From Betaproteobacteria bacterium (GTDB taxonomy: Bacteria; Pseudomonadota; Gammaproteobacteria; Burkholderiales; Casimicrobiaceae): a stretch of 24,000 nucleotides of DNA. A program made the translations under genes and the position numbers. A model generated the notes under the pieces. That model had not been told where the DNA came from and searched no databases. It saw only the letters and a list, made by a program, of their open reading frames with translations. Positions 16,037-23,813 of this stretch are shown here, piece after piece. Numbering within the stretch: the stretch's first letter is position 1; every line of letters starts with the position of its first letter. The stretch lies in assembly GCA_031430575.1 (NCBI GenBank), contig JANPBT010000055.1, positions 30,820-54,819 on the forward strand, written 5' to 3'.

Positions 16037-19000
16037 ATGCGAATAATCGGTTTGGATTTGGGGATTGCTTCCGTAGGCTCGGCAGTCGTTGATTTAGATG
16101 AAGTTGCTGGCATCGGGCAGATCGTTTTCGCCGGCGCGCGGGTATTCCCCGCAGCCGAAGATGCGAAGACCGGTGATTCGCTTGCTTTGCCAAGACGCAT
16201 GGCTCGCGGCATGCGCAGGCGCATTGATCGCCGCCGCTTCCGGCTTGATCGGCTCTGGGAATTGCTGACCGAGGCGGGGCTTTTCGATGCACAGGGAGGG
16301 CCGCAAGGCTTTCAGGCGCTGCTGCAAGTAAGAAGGGATGATTTCTGCGCCGCAGGTATCTCGCCTGAAGACGCCGCTGAAAAAACCGATCCTTACCGCT
16401 TGCGGGTTGCTGGGCTTGATCGCAAGCTTGCAGATTGGGAGTGGGTGCGCGCACTGATGCATATCGCCGCGCGGCGCGGCTTTCGCTCAAACTCCAAAGC
16501 CGCAGAAAGTGATGCGAAATCAGATACCGGCAAGATGAATACCGAGATTCGCAAAACCGAGAAATTGTTCGCCACTTTCGAATCCAGAACAGTCGGCGAA
16601 TACGTGCTTAAAAGCACTCAGTTTGCCGAGCATAAGCGCAACAAAGCCGGTAGCTACGCACTCACCCTCAAGCGCGATTGGCTGCGTGAAGAAATTGCAA
16701 AGCTTTTCCTAGCGCAGCGCCAATTTGGCAATTCGCACGCGAGCGAAGATCTAGAAGCAAGATTCCTTCACCGCTTTTATGAGCAAAAACACTATGACCA
16801 AGGCAACATTGATGAAATGATCGGCGAGTGCCAATTTGAGCCACGGGAGCAGCGGGCGGCGAAAGCGACATGGACGTTTCAGCTCACAATGCTTTTGCAA
16901 AAAATTAACCATTTACGTTGGTCTGGTTCCGGTGAAGCGCTGGTTTCCCTCGATGAAGCGCAGCGCAAAGCCGTGCTCGAATTGGCCATCAAGCGCCCAA
17001 AAGTGACTTACGCCCAAATCCGAAATGTCATTGAAATGCCAGATCGAGGGCGATTTAACGGCATCAGTTATCGCGAAAAACGCGGGAAAGATGGTGCGGT
17101 AAAAGAGGCTGATCCGGTCAAGGCAAGCGAAGACGCGACGTTCGTTGAAATGAAAGCCTTTCACTCGCTGCGCAAGCAAATCATTGATACCTGCGGTGAA
17201 ATTTCGTGGGAATCATTGCGCGCGCATCCTGAAAAGTTGGACGTACTTGGCAGCGCGCTGTCAAAATTCAAGGCCGATGATCGGCGCACCGAAATGATGG
17301 AGGCGGCTGGGATCGAGCCCGCAGTTATCAAGGCGGCTCTAGCCCTTTCTTTCGATGGCTTTGGCTATTTAAGCTTGCTTGCCTTGCGAAAGCTGCTGCC
17401 GCATTTGGAGGCCGGTATGCGCTACGACGAAGCGGCGACTGGTGTCTACAAAGATCATCGCGGCGTTTCCACTGTCGTTAAAACCAAGCTCCTTCCCCGC
17501 ATCCCGACCGAGGAGGTGCGCAACCCCGTAGTGCTGCGAGCGTTGACGCAAACGCGCAAGGTACTCAATGCGCTCATCCGTGAATTTGGTTCGCCAAATC
17601 GCATTCACATCGAGCTAGGGCGCGAAGTGGGCAAGAGCCGCGAAGAGCGCAATGAAGTCAAAGACGGTCAGGAAGTCTATCGCTTAGAAAAGGAAAAGGC
17701 AGCAAATCAATTTCGGGAAACATTTCCTGGATATGGTGAACCAAAAGGCGAAGACATCCTGCGCTTCCGGCTCTGGCGCGAGCAAGATAAGAGGTGCATT
17801 TACTCGGACGAATACATCAATCCCGAAAACCTGCTCGCCCAGCGCTACGTTGAAATCGATCATATCCTCCCGCTATCGCGCTCGCAGGATGACGGCATGC
17901 ACAACAAAGTGCTTTGCCTAACGGCCCAGAATCAGCGCAAGCGCAATTTCACGCCCTATGAATGGATGGGCGGCGCGGACGACTCGGATCAATGGCGGAA
18001 ATTTAAATCGCGGGTCGATTCATTGCGCGGACTTCGTAAACCAAAGCGCGACCGGCTACTGCGGGCAGATTTCACCGATGCCACCGCCGAAGGTTTTAAA
18101 GAGCGCAATTTGGTTGATACCCGCTACATCACCAAATTTTTTAAAAACTTCGTTGAAACCCATTTGGAGATTGCAGTCATCGAAGGCGATCGCCAGCCTT
18201 ACGTGCAAACCGGCTCCGGAAAGCTCACCAGCTTTTTGCGGGCACAATGGGGATTGCTCAAAGTGCGCGATGCAAGTGATCGGCATCATGCGCTCGATGC
18301 AATCGTAATCGCTTGCGCCACCAAATCGATGGAACATCGGCTGACCCGCTACCACCAAGCCATGGAAATTTACACCGATAAGCCGCACGAAGCCGCCGAA
18401 TTGCTCGATGTAAATACCGGCGAAATCACCAGCAGTCACTACCGAGATTTGCGCAAACAATTTCCAAAACCGTGGCCAGGTTTCCGCGATGATGCGATTG
18501 CCGCGCTGGAGACGGTTTTCGTTTCAAGGCCGCCGCGCCGCAAATGGAGCGGGCCGCTGCATAAAGAAACGATTTACGGCATCGGCAAAGATGCGGGTAC
18601 GATTTCCCAGCGCGTTCGCATTGAAAACGTAAAGAAATCAACGCTTGAAAAGGCGATTGATCCCGTGCGTAATAAGCTGCTTTACGATGCGATCCGTGCG
18701 CGCTTGGAATTGCACAACGACGACATCAAAAAGGCTTGGATCACCCCGCTGGAATACGACAATGGCGGCGCAGTGCGGCAGGTTCGTGCGATTACCATTG
18801 AAGACAAAATGGGCGATGGTGTGCAAGTACGCGGCGGTATTGCAGCCAACGGGGAGATCGTGCGAGTGGATGTGTATAAGGATGCGAAAGGGAAAAACTA
18901 TTTAGTGCCGATTTATATTTCTGATTTTGGGAAACCTATGCCGATGCGGGCGATTTATCAGGGTAAACCAATTTCGGAATGGCCAGTAATGGATCAAAGC

Positions 19001-19261
19001 TATTCCTTCGCGTTTTCGCTCTACAAAGACGACGTTATAGACATCGATGAGAAGGGACTTGTGTATTTTCAAAGCGTCCACAGCAGAACAAGCAATTTAA
19101 ATGTCACGAGTTCAGACAGGAGCATGAAGTGGGACGGCGTTGGGCCTAAAACTCTTAAGAAATTCAACAAAATGTCTGTCGATATCCTCGGTCGAATCTC
19201 CTACGTAAAAAAGGAACGCCATCTTGCCTTGGCAAAACGTCCTCATCAGTCAGCCGACTAA
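16037..19261 (+). CDS. cas9: Type II-C CRISPR-associated endonuclease Cas9
   Basis: 1074 aa. RuvC-I IGLDLGIASVG (D7), Arg-rich bridge helix RRMARGMRRRIDRRRFR, HNH block EIDHILPLSRSQDDGMHNKVLC...NQRKRNFTPYEW and RuvC-III HHALDAIVIA are all present. It is followed by cas1 and cas2 only, with no csn2 or cas4. Confidence 0.97.
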   Translation: MRIIGLDLGIASVGSAVVDLDEVAGIGQIVFAGARVFPAAEDAKTGDSLALPRRMARGMRRRIDRRRFRLDRLWELLTEAGLFDAQGGPQGFQALLQVRRDDFCAAGISPEDAAEKTDPYRLRVAGLDRKLADWEWVRALMHIAARRGFRSNSKAAESDAKSDTGKMNTEIRKTEKLFATFESRTVGEYVLKSTQFAEHKRNKAGSYALTLKRDWLREEIAKLFLAQRQFGNSHASEDLEARFLHRFYEQKHYDQGNIDEMIGECQFEPREQRAAKATWTFQLTMLLQKINHLRWSGSGEALVSLDEAQRKAVLELAIKRPKVTYAQIRNVIEMPDRGRFNGISYREKRGKDGAVKEADPVKASEDATFVEMKAFHSLRKQIIDTCGEISWESLRAHPEKLDVLGSALSKFKADDRRTEMMEAAGIEPAVIKAALALSFDGFGYLSLLALRKLLPHLEAGMRYDEAATGVYKDHRGVSTVVKTKLLPRIPTEEVRNPVVLRALTQTRKVLNALIREFGSPNRIHIELGREVGKSREERNEVKDGQEVYRLEKEKAANQFRETFPGYGEPKGEDILRFRLWREQDKRCIYSDEYINPENLLAQRYVEIDHILPLSRSQDDGMHNKVLCLTAQNQRKRNFTPYEWMGGADDSDQWRKFKSRVDSLRGLRKPKRDRLLRADFTDATAEGFKERNLVDTRYITKFFKNFVETHLEIAVIEGDRQPYVQTGSGKLTSFLRAQWGLLKVRDASDRHHALDAIVIACATKSMEHRLTRYHQAMEIYTDKPHEAAELLDVNTGEITSSHYRDLRKQFPKPWPGFRDDAIAALETVFVSRPPRRKWSGPLHKETIYGIGKDAGTISQRVRIENVKKSTLEKAIDPVRNKLLYDAIRARLELHNDDIKKAWITPLEYDNGGAVRQVRAITIEDKMGDGVQVRGGIAANGEIVRVDVYKDAKGKNYLVPIYISDFGKPMPMRAIYQGKPISEWPVMDQSYSFAFSLYKDDVIDIDEKGLVYFQSVHSRTSNLNVTSSDRSMKWDGVGPKTLKKFNKMSVDILGRISYVKKERHLALAKRPHQSAD
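16343..16358 (+). repeat. Copy of the 16-mer (15/16) inside cas9, read as CAAGI
   Basis: Read directly from the sequence. Confidence 0.9.
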
Positions 19262-20144
19262 GCTCTCGATTAAGCTTGGCAATCTGAGCGTCTCGCAAGC
19301 GGGGCGGGAACTTACCCTGCCGCTTGATGATATTGCCACGCTCACGTTGGAGAGCCCGCAGATCTCGCTCACCATGCCCGTGCTCGCCGCTTGCGCCGCG
19401 CGCGGCATCGCGGTTATCGTTTGTGATGACAAGCATACGCCAAACGGATTGCTGCTGCCGGTCGGCCAACACAGCAAGGCTGCGGAAATCGCCGCCCGCC
19501 AGCATGAGTGGACGCTGCGCTTTCGCGCCTTGATCTGGGCGCAATTGACCGAAGCGAAAGTGCGCGCGCAAAGTGCCGTGCTCCATACCTGCGGCGCAAA
19601 ATCGGCACGGCTCACTCGTATCATCGCAGAAATCACGGCGGAGAATGCCGCCGAGAAAGAAGCTCAAGCCGCCCGCCTTTACTGGCCGCTGCTCTTCAGC
19701 GAGGGCTTTACCCGGCAGGGAATGAGTAGCGTGAGCTTCGCGCTTGATTATGGGTATACGGTCGTGCGCGCGGCGGTTGCCCGCGCGCTCATTGCATACG
19801 GATTTCACACCGCGTGGGGCGTCCATCACCGGCATCCGCAAAATGCCTTCAACCTCGCCGACGATTTCATTGAGCCCTTCCGCCCCTTCGTCGATTGGTG
19901 GGTGCGCGGCGATGGCACGCTCGATCAAAGTGATACTCCGCTCACGCTCGCGCAACGCGCTCGGCTGACGCAAGCCTTGCAAATTGAATGCGTGCTGGAA
20001 GGCAAGCTCTATAGCCTACAAACCGCAATCGACCGCGCCGCGCAATCGCTCGCCACTGCCAGCGCGAGCGGCAATGCGGCGCACATTAAGCTGCCCTATG
20101 CGCCGCAGGTATGGAAACTCAGCGAAAGCCTGCCCGACGGTTAA
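19224..20144 (+). CDS. cas1: CRISPR-associated endonuclease Cas1 (type II)
   Basis: 306 aa. The N-terminus MPWQNVLISQPTKLSIKLGNLSV parallels type II Cas1 proteins. TTG start with AAGGA 8 nt upstream. It overlaps the cas9 3' end by 38 nt. Confidence 0.92.
   Translation: MPWQNVLISQPTKLSIKLGNLSVSQAGRELTLPLDDIATLTLESPQISLTMPVLAACAARGIAVIVCDDKHTPNGLLLPVGQHSKAAEIAARQHEWTLRFRALIWAQLTEAKVRAQSAVLHTCGAKSARLTRIIAEITAENAAEKEAQAARLYWPLLFSEGFTRQGMSSVSFALDYGYTVVRAAVARALIAYGFHTAWGVHHRHPQNAFNLADDFIEPFRPFVDWWVRGDGTLDQSDTPLTLAQRARLTQALQIECVLEGKLYSLQTAIDRAAQSLATASASGNAAHIKLPYAPQVWKLSESLPDG
19586..19601 (-). repeat. Degenerate reverse copy of the 16-mer (14/16) inside cas1
   Basis: TACCTGCGGCGCAAAA, read directly from the sequence. 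Confidence 0.75.
20096..20111 (+). repeat. Degenerate forward copy of the 16-mer (14/16, 13-nt core intact) inside the cas1 3' end
   Basis: CTATGCGCCGCAGGTA, read directly from the sequence. Confidence 0.8.
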
Positions 20145-20183
20145 ATTCAAGCCCAACATCCGCGCCTGCAAGGAACGACCGCG

Positions 20184-20516
20184 ATGCCAAACGCCACGCC
20201 CCACTACATGCACCTTTTCATCTTTTTCGATTTGCCTACGACGACGAAAAGCGCGAAGCGCGAATACGTGCGCTTTCGGAACTTTCTGCTCAATGAAGGT
20301 TTTGATATGATTCAGTTTTCGGTGTACGTGCGATTGCTGCCGGGGCCTAAAGCGGCCGCTCGGGAATTGCGTAACGTTGAAAACAACGTGCCACCCGATG
20401 GTAACGTGCGATCACTAGTCATCACCGATCAGCAATACGCGAGAATGGGGTTGCTCATTGGCCCGCGCACCGTGCGCGAAACGCACGTAAAGGCGACGCA
20501 GCTCTTACTTTTATAG
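20184..20516 (+). CDS. cas2: CRISPR-associated endoribonuclease Cas2
   Basis: 110 aa. HLFIFFDLPTTTKSAKREYVRFRNFLLNEGFDMIQFSVYVR is the canonical type II Cas2 pattern. RBS AAGGAA lies 8 nt upstream. Confidence 0.93.
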   Translation: MPNATPHYMHLFIFFDLPTTTKSAKREYVRFRNFLLNEGFDMIQFSVYVRLLPGPKAAARELRNVENNVPPDGNVRSLVITDQQYARMGLLIGPRTVRETHVKATQLLLL

Positions 20517-20542
20517 GAATTTGATAGTGGCTATCCGCACAG

Positions 20543-20575
20543 AAAAAAAGTCCTCGCCCCTTTCGGGACAAGGAC
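20543..20575 (-). terminator. Rho-independent terminator on the minus strand, at the cas2-proximal end of the array
   Basis: The minus-strand RNA GUCCUUGUCCC-GAAA-GGGGCGAGGAC forms an 11-bp stem (9 Watson-Crick plus 2 G.U) with a GAAA tetraloop, followed by U7. On the + strand the two G.U pairs become A.C mismatches and no U-tract follows, so the element is strand-specific. Confidence 0.7.
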
Positions 20576-20588
20576 TTACGCGGGATCA

Positions 20589-22143
20589 AGTGTAGCGAAC
20601 TGGAATGGGATCAGGGGCTACAACCACGGTAAAGCACTGGGAGAGCGGCCTCAAAGTGTAGCGAACTGGAATGGGATCAGGGGCTACAACCATGGGGTAT
20701 TGACATACACCAAACTTGGGAGTGTAGCGAACTGGAATGGGATCAGGGGCTACAACGTAGGTAGCGAACCTATGCCGTAAATCCATAGTGTAGCGAACTG
20801 GAATGGGATCAGGGGCTACAACCAGAGAAACGCGCTTGAACTAAATAAGATTAGTGTAGCGAACTGGAATGGGATCAGGGGCTACAACACCCAGCAATAG
20901 AGTTTGCCTACGACCCAGAGTGTAGCGAACTGGAATGGGATCAGGGGCTACAACGCCTTACACTATCACCAGCCACCAAGGTTGAGTGTAGCGAACTGGA
21001 ATGGGATCAGGGGCTACAACAGCGCGATGCGCTCGCTCGTTGGCACGTTGAGTGTAGCGAACTGGAATGGGATCAGGGGCTACAACCACGGCGGTCGCGT
21101 GTGGGTGCTGCATATCAGTGTAGCGAACTGGAATGGGATCAGGGGCTACAACCTCGGATATAAAATTGTTACAGCGCACGATAGTGTAGCGAACTGGAAT
21201 GGGATCAGGGGCTACAACACGCAATCGGCGGCAGCCGCGTTGCGCCGCAGTGTAGCGAACTGGAATGGGATCAGGGGCTACAACTTGCATCCGCAAGCGG
21301 TTCGGCCTCAAGGTAGTGTAGCGAACTGGAATGGGATCAGGGGCTACAACCCTACCGCCGGTGCTAACAACGCCGTGCGAAGTGTAGCGAACTGGAATGG
21401 GATCAGGGGCTACAACACAGCTAATTGACAAGATGCTGAAAGATGAAGTGTAGCGAACTGGAATGGGATCAGGGGCTACAACATCTACCTTCGATTTCGT
21501 CATGCAAAACTTAGTGTAGCGAACTGGAATGGGATCAGGGGCTACAACAGATTTCTGCGATCACTAAAGCGACGGCACAGTGAAGCGAACTGGAATGGGA
21601 TCAGGGGCTACAACGTGATCGCCGTATTCTTGGGCTTGACGATTAGTGTAGCGAACTGGAATGGGATCAGGGGCTACAACACACGTACTGCAACTACCTT
21701 ACCTGCGGCGAGTGTAGCGAACTGGAATGGGATCAGGGGCTACAACGCGATCAATGACGGCGGCTTTAACGGCTAAAAGTGTAGCGAACTGGAATGGGAT
21801 CAGGGGCTACAACTGTTTGTAATAAATAGTTCCGGCTATGACGAGTGTAGCGAACTGGAATGGGATCAGGGGCTACAACCGGCGGGCTTGAATGCGCTTA
21901 CCAGCGCATAGTGTAGCGAACTGGAATGGGATCAGGGGCTACAACTCAAACGGCCACCACCACGTAATCCGTAGGAGTGTAGCGAACTGGAATGGGATCA
22001 GGGGCTACAACCCACCTTTAACGACGCAGCATTGTGTTTGAAGTGTAGCGAACTGGAATGGGATCAGGGGCTACAACTAAGCGATGATAACCGCGTCAAC
22101 CATATCGAGTGTAGCGAACTGGAATGGGATCAGGGGCTACAAC
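20589..22143 (-). CRISPR. CRISPR array with 24 repeats of 36 nt and 23 spacers (22 of 30 nt, one of 31 nt at 21747..21777)
   Basis: The repeat on the + strand is AGTGTAGCGAACTGGAATGGGATCAGGGGCTACAAC. Its minus-strand reading GTTGTAGCCCCTGATCCCATTCCAGTTCGCTACACT resembles the Neisseria II-C repeat class (GTTGTAGC...GCTACA.T). Orientation is supported by the tracrRNA anti-repeat and the minus-strand terminator at 20543..20575. Repeat 16 (21579..21614) carries one SNP at 21583. Confidence 0.97.
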
Positions 22144-22213
22144 CGACGCGAGTGCGCCCCCTCTCGGGGGCACCCGCGCATCGAGTGGCTGCGCCACAGG
22201 TCACTAAAAAATC

Positions 22214-22267
22214 AATACCTGCGGCGCAGATTTGCCATTTTTGAGCCATTTCTGCGCCGCAGGTATT
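22214..22267. repeat. Inverted pair of the 16-mer with 17-nt arms and a 20-nt loop; on the minus strand it is followed by GA plus U6
   Basis: AATACCTGCGGCGCAGA (22214..22230) and TCTGCGCCGCAGGTATT (22251..22267) are reverse complements. An A6 run at 22206..22211 on the + strand gives the minus-strand U-tract. Confidence 0.85.
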
Positions 22268-22436
22268 GCCCAAATCCACGTCAAAACGCCCGACTCTCAA
22301 GATTGAGATACAACCTTGCCGCGCGGTCTCCTGCTGGGGCGGCTTACTGCCCGTGCTGCGAGCACATCGCGCGCGCCCGCCGGTGAAGTAGCGCTTTATG
22401 ATGAAATCAAGCTCTGCGCCAGCATGAGGTCTTGCA

Positions 22437-23729
22437 ATGTTTAGTGTTTTTACGCCAACGCATAATGCGCGTTTTTTAAGCGATACGTTTCAGTCTTTAC
22501 TTCAGCAAACGCGCACCGATTGGGAATGGCTCTTGGTGCCAAACAATGGCGCGGTGATTCCCGATGAAATTGCTGCGCATGCGCAGGTGCGGGTGATGCC
22601 AGCGCCAGATTGGGTCTCGCGCTTGGGCGTGGGCGCATTGAAGCGATTTGCTTGCGAGCATTGTGCGGGCGATTGGTTTGTTGAGCTTGATCATGATGAT
22701 TTTTTGATGCCTGAGGCACTGGCTGAGCTCGCGCTCGCGGCAGAAGCAGGCGCGGGTTTCGTTTACTCTGATTGCGCAAATTTCCGGGCTGATTTTTCAA
22801 GCGAAATTTTTGATGCGGCGTATGGCTGGGAGAGCTACCCAGTGGAATTTGCGGGCATTTCTTATACGGCCATGCGATCTTTTGCGGCGAACGCGAGCTC
22901 GCTGCATCAAATCTATTACGCGCCTAATCATTTTCGGGCATGGCATCGCGATGCTTATCAAAAATCAGGCGGGCATGATTCATCGATGCCGGTGGCCGAT
23001 GACCATGATTTGGTCTGCCGCACTTATCTGGCGGGCGTGCCTTTCACCCACATCGCGAAATGCCTTTACCTTTATCGCTTGATCGAAGGTGGTGAAAATA
23101 CTTACATCAAACGCAACGCCGAAATTCAAACGCGGCAGCAAGCGCTTTCCAATCAATACGTCTACGCGCTGATCGAGGAGTGGGCAAGGCGCGAGGCATT
23201 GCCGATTTACGATTTGGGCGGCGCACACAATTGCCCCCCGGGTTTTCTCAGCGTTGATCTGGTGGGCGCAGACGTTAATTGTGATATTCGCAATGGCTTG
23301 CCCTTTGCATCAGATTCGGTCGGGTGCATCCGTGCATTTGATTTCTTGGAGCATATTCCGACCTGCGTCGATTCGGCTTGCAATCATGGGGCAGATGGCG
23401 CAAGCGCGCGCTGCGTGGTGGGCGTGATGAATGAAATTTATCGGGTATTGGCGCCCGGCGGTTGGCTCATTTCGCGCACGCCCTCAACCGACGGGCGCGG
23501 CGCATTTCAAGACCCAACGCACGTCTCTTACTGGAACCCGAATTCATTTTGGTATTACACCCGTCGCGAGCAGGCGCGATTTGTGCCGGGCATCACCGCA
23601 AAATTTCAGGCGGCGCGCATCTGGCAATCATTCCCAACTGAGTGGCACAAAACCCACAATATTTTGTACGTTTACGCTGATTTAGTCGCGCTAAAAGGGC
23701 AGCGCCAGCCCGGCATAAAGGAAATTTGA
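22437..23729 (+). CDS. Bifunctional glycosyltransferase family 2 / SAM-dependent methyltransferase-like protein
   Basis: 430 aa. The N-terminal half is GT2-like (FSVFTPTHNARFLSDTFQSLLQQT, ELDHDDF, ADDHDL). The C-terminal half is class I methyltransferase-like (IYDLGG..., IRAFDFLEHIP, MNEIYRVLAPGGWL). Confidence 0.8.
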   Translation: MFSVFTPTHNARFLSDTFQSLLQQTRTDWEWLLVPNNGAVIPDEIAAHAQVRVMPAPDWVSRLGVGALKRFACEHCAGDWFVELDHDDFLMPEALAELALAAEAGAGFVYSDCANFRADFSSEIFDAAYGWESYPVEFAGISYTAMRSFAANASSLHQIYYAPNHFRAWHRDAYQKSGGHDSSMPVADDHDLVCRTYLAGVPFTHIAKCLYLYRLIEGGENTYIKRNAEIQTRQQALSNQYVYALIEEWARREALPIYDLGGAHNCPPGFLSVDLVGADVNCDIRNGLPFASDSVGCIRAFDFLEHIPTCVDSACNHGADGASARCVVGVMNEIYRVLAPGGWLISRTPSTDGRGAFQDPTHVSYWNPNSFWYYTRREQARFVPGITAKFQAARIWQSFPTEWHKTHNILYVYADLVALKGQRQPGIKEI

Positions 23730-23813
23730 AATCCTAGGATATTTCAATATAAAAATACCCTTTTGGGATAATTTCAACCTAAAATGTTCCTTTCCGTATT
23801 CAATTAATCCGCT

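Noticed and set aside
19164-19982. Minus-strand ORF of 272 aa antisense to cas1
   Set aside because: It overlaps a confidently identified cas1, its product has no recognisable motifs, and it is Arg-rich as expected for the antisense of a GC-rich gene.
20757-20786. Spacer 3 contains GTAGCGAAC, a 9-nt match to the repeat
   Set aside because: The match is short and lies outside the repeat register. It is most likely coincidental and not evidence of a degenerate repeat or array rearrangement.
20904-21503. ORFs of 174 aa (+) and 181 aa (-) with the repeating peptides SVANWNGIRGYN and VVAPDPIPVRYT
   Set aside because: They are translations of the CRISPR repeats with 66-nt periodicity, not genes. 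The ORFs at 20586..20786, 22032..22244 and 22084..22386 have the same origin.
23730-23813. AT-rich spacer with TTTCAA-like triplicated words and a TGgGATAAT extended -10-like box
   Set aside because: It is plausibly the promoter of the truncated downstream gene. The -35 match is poor and the downstream gene itself is uncertain, so this is too weak to annotate.
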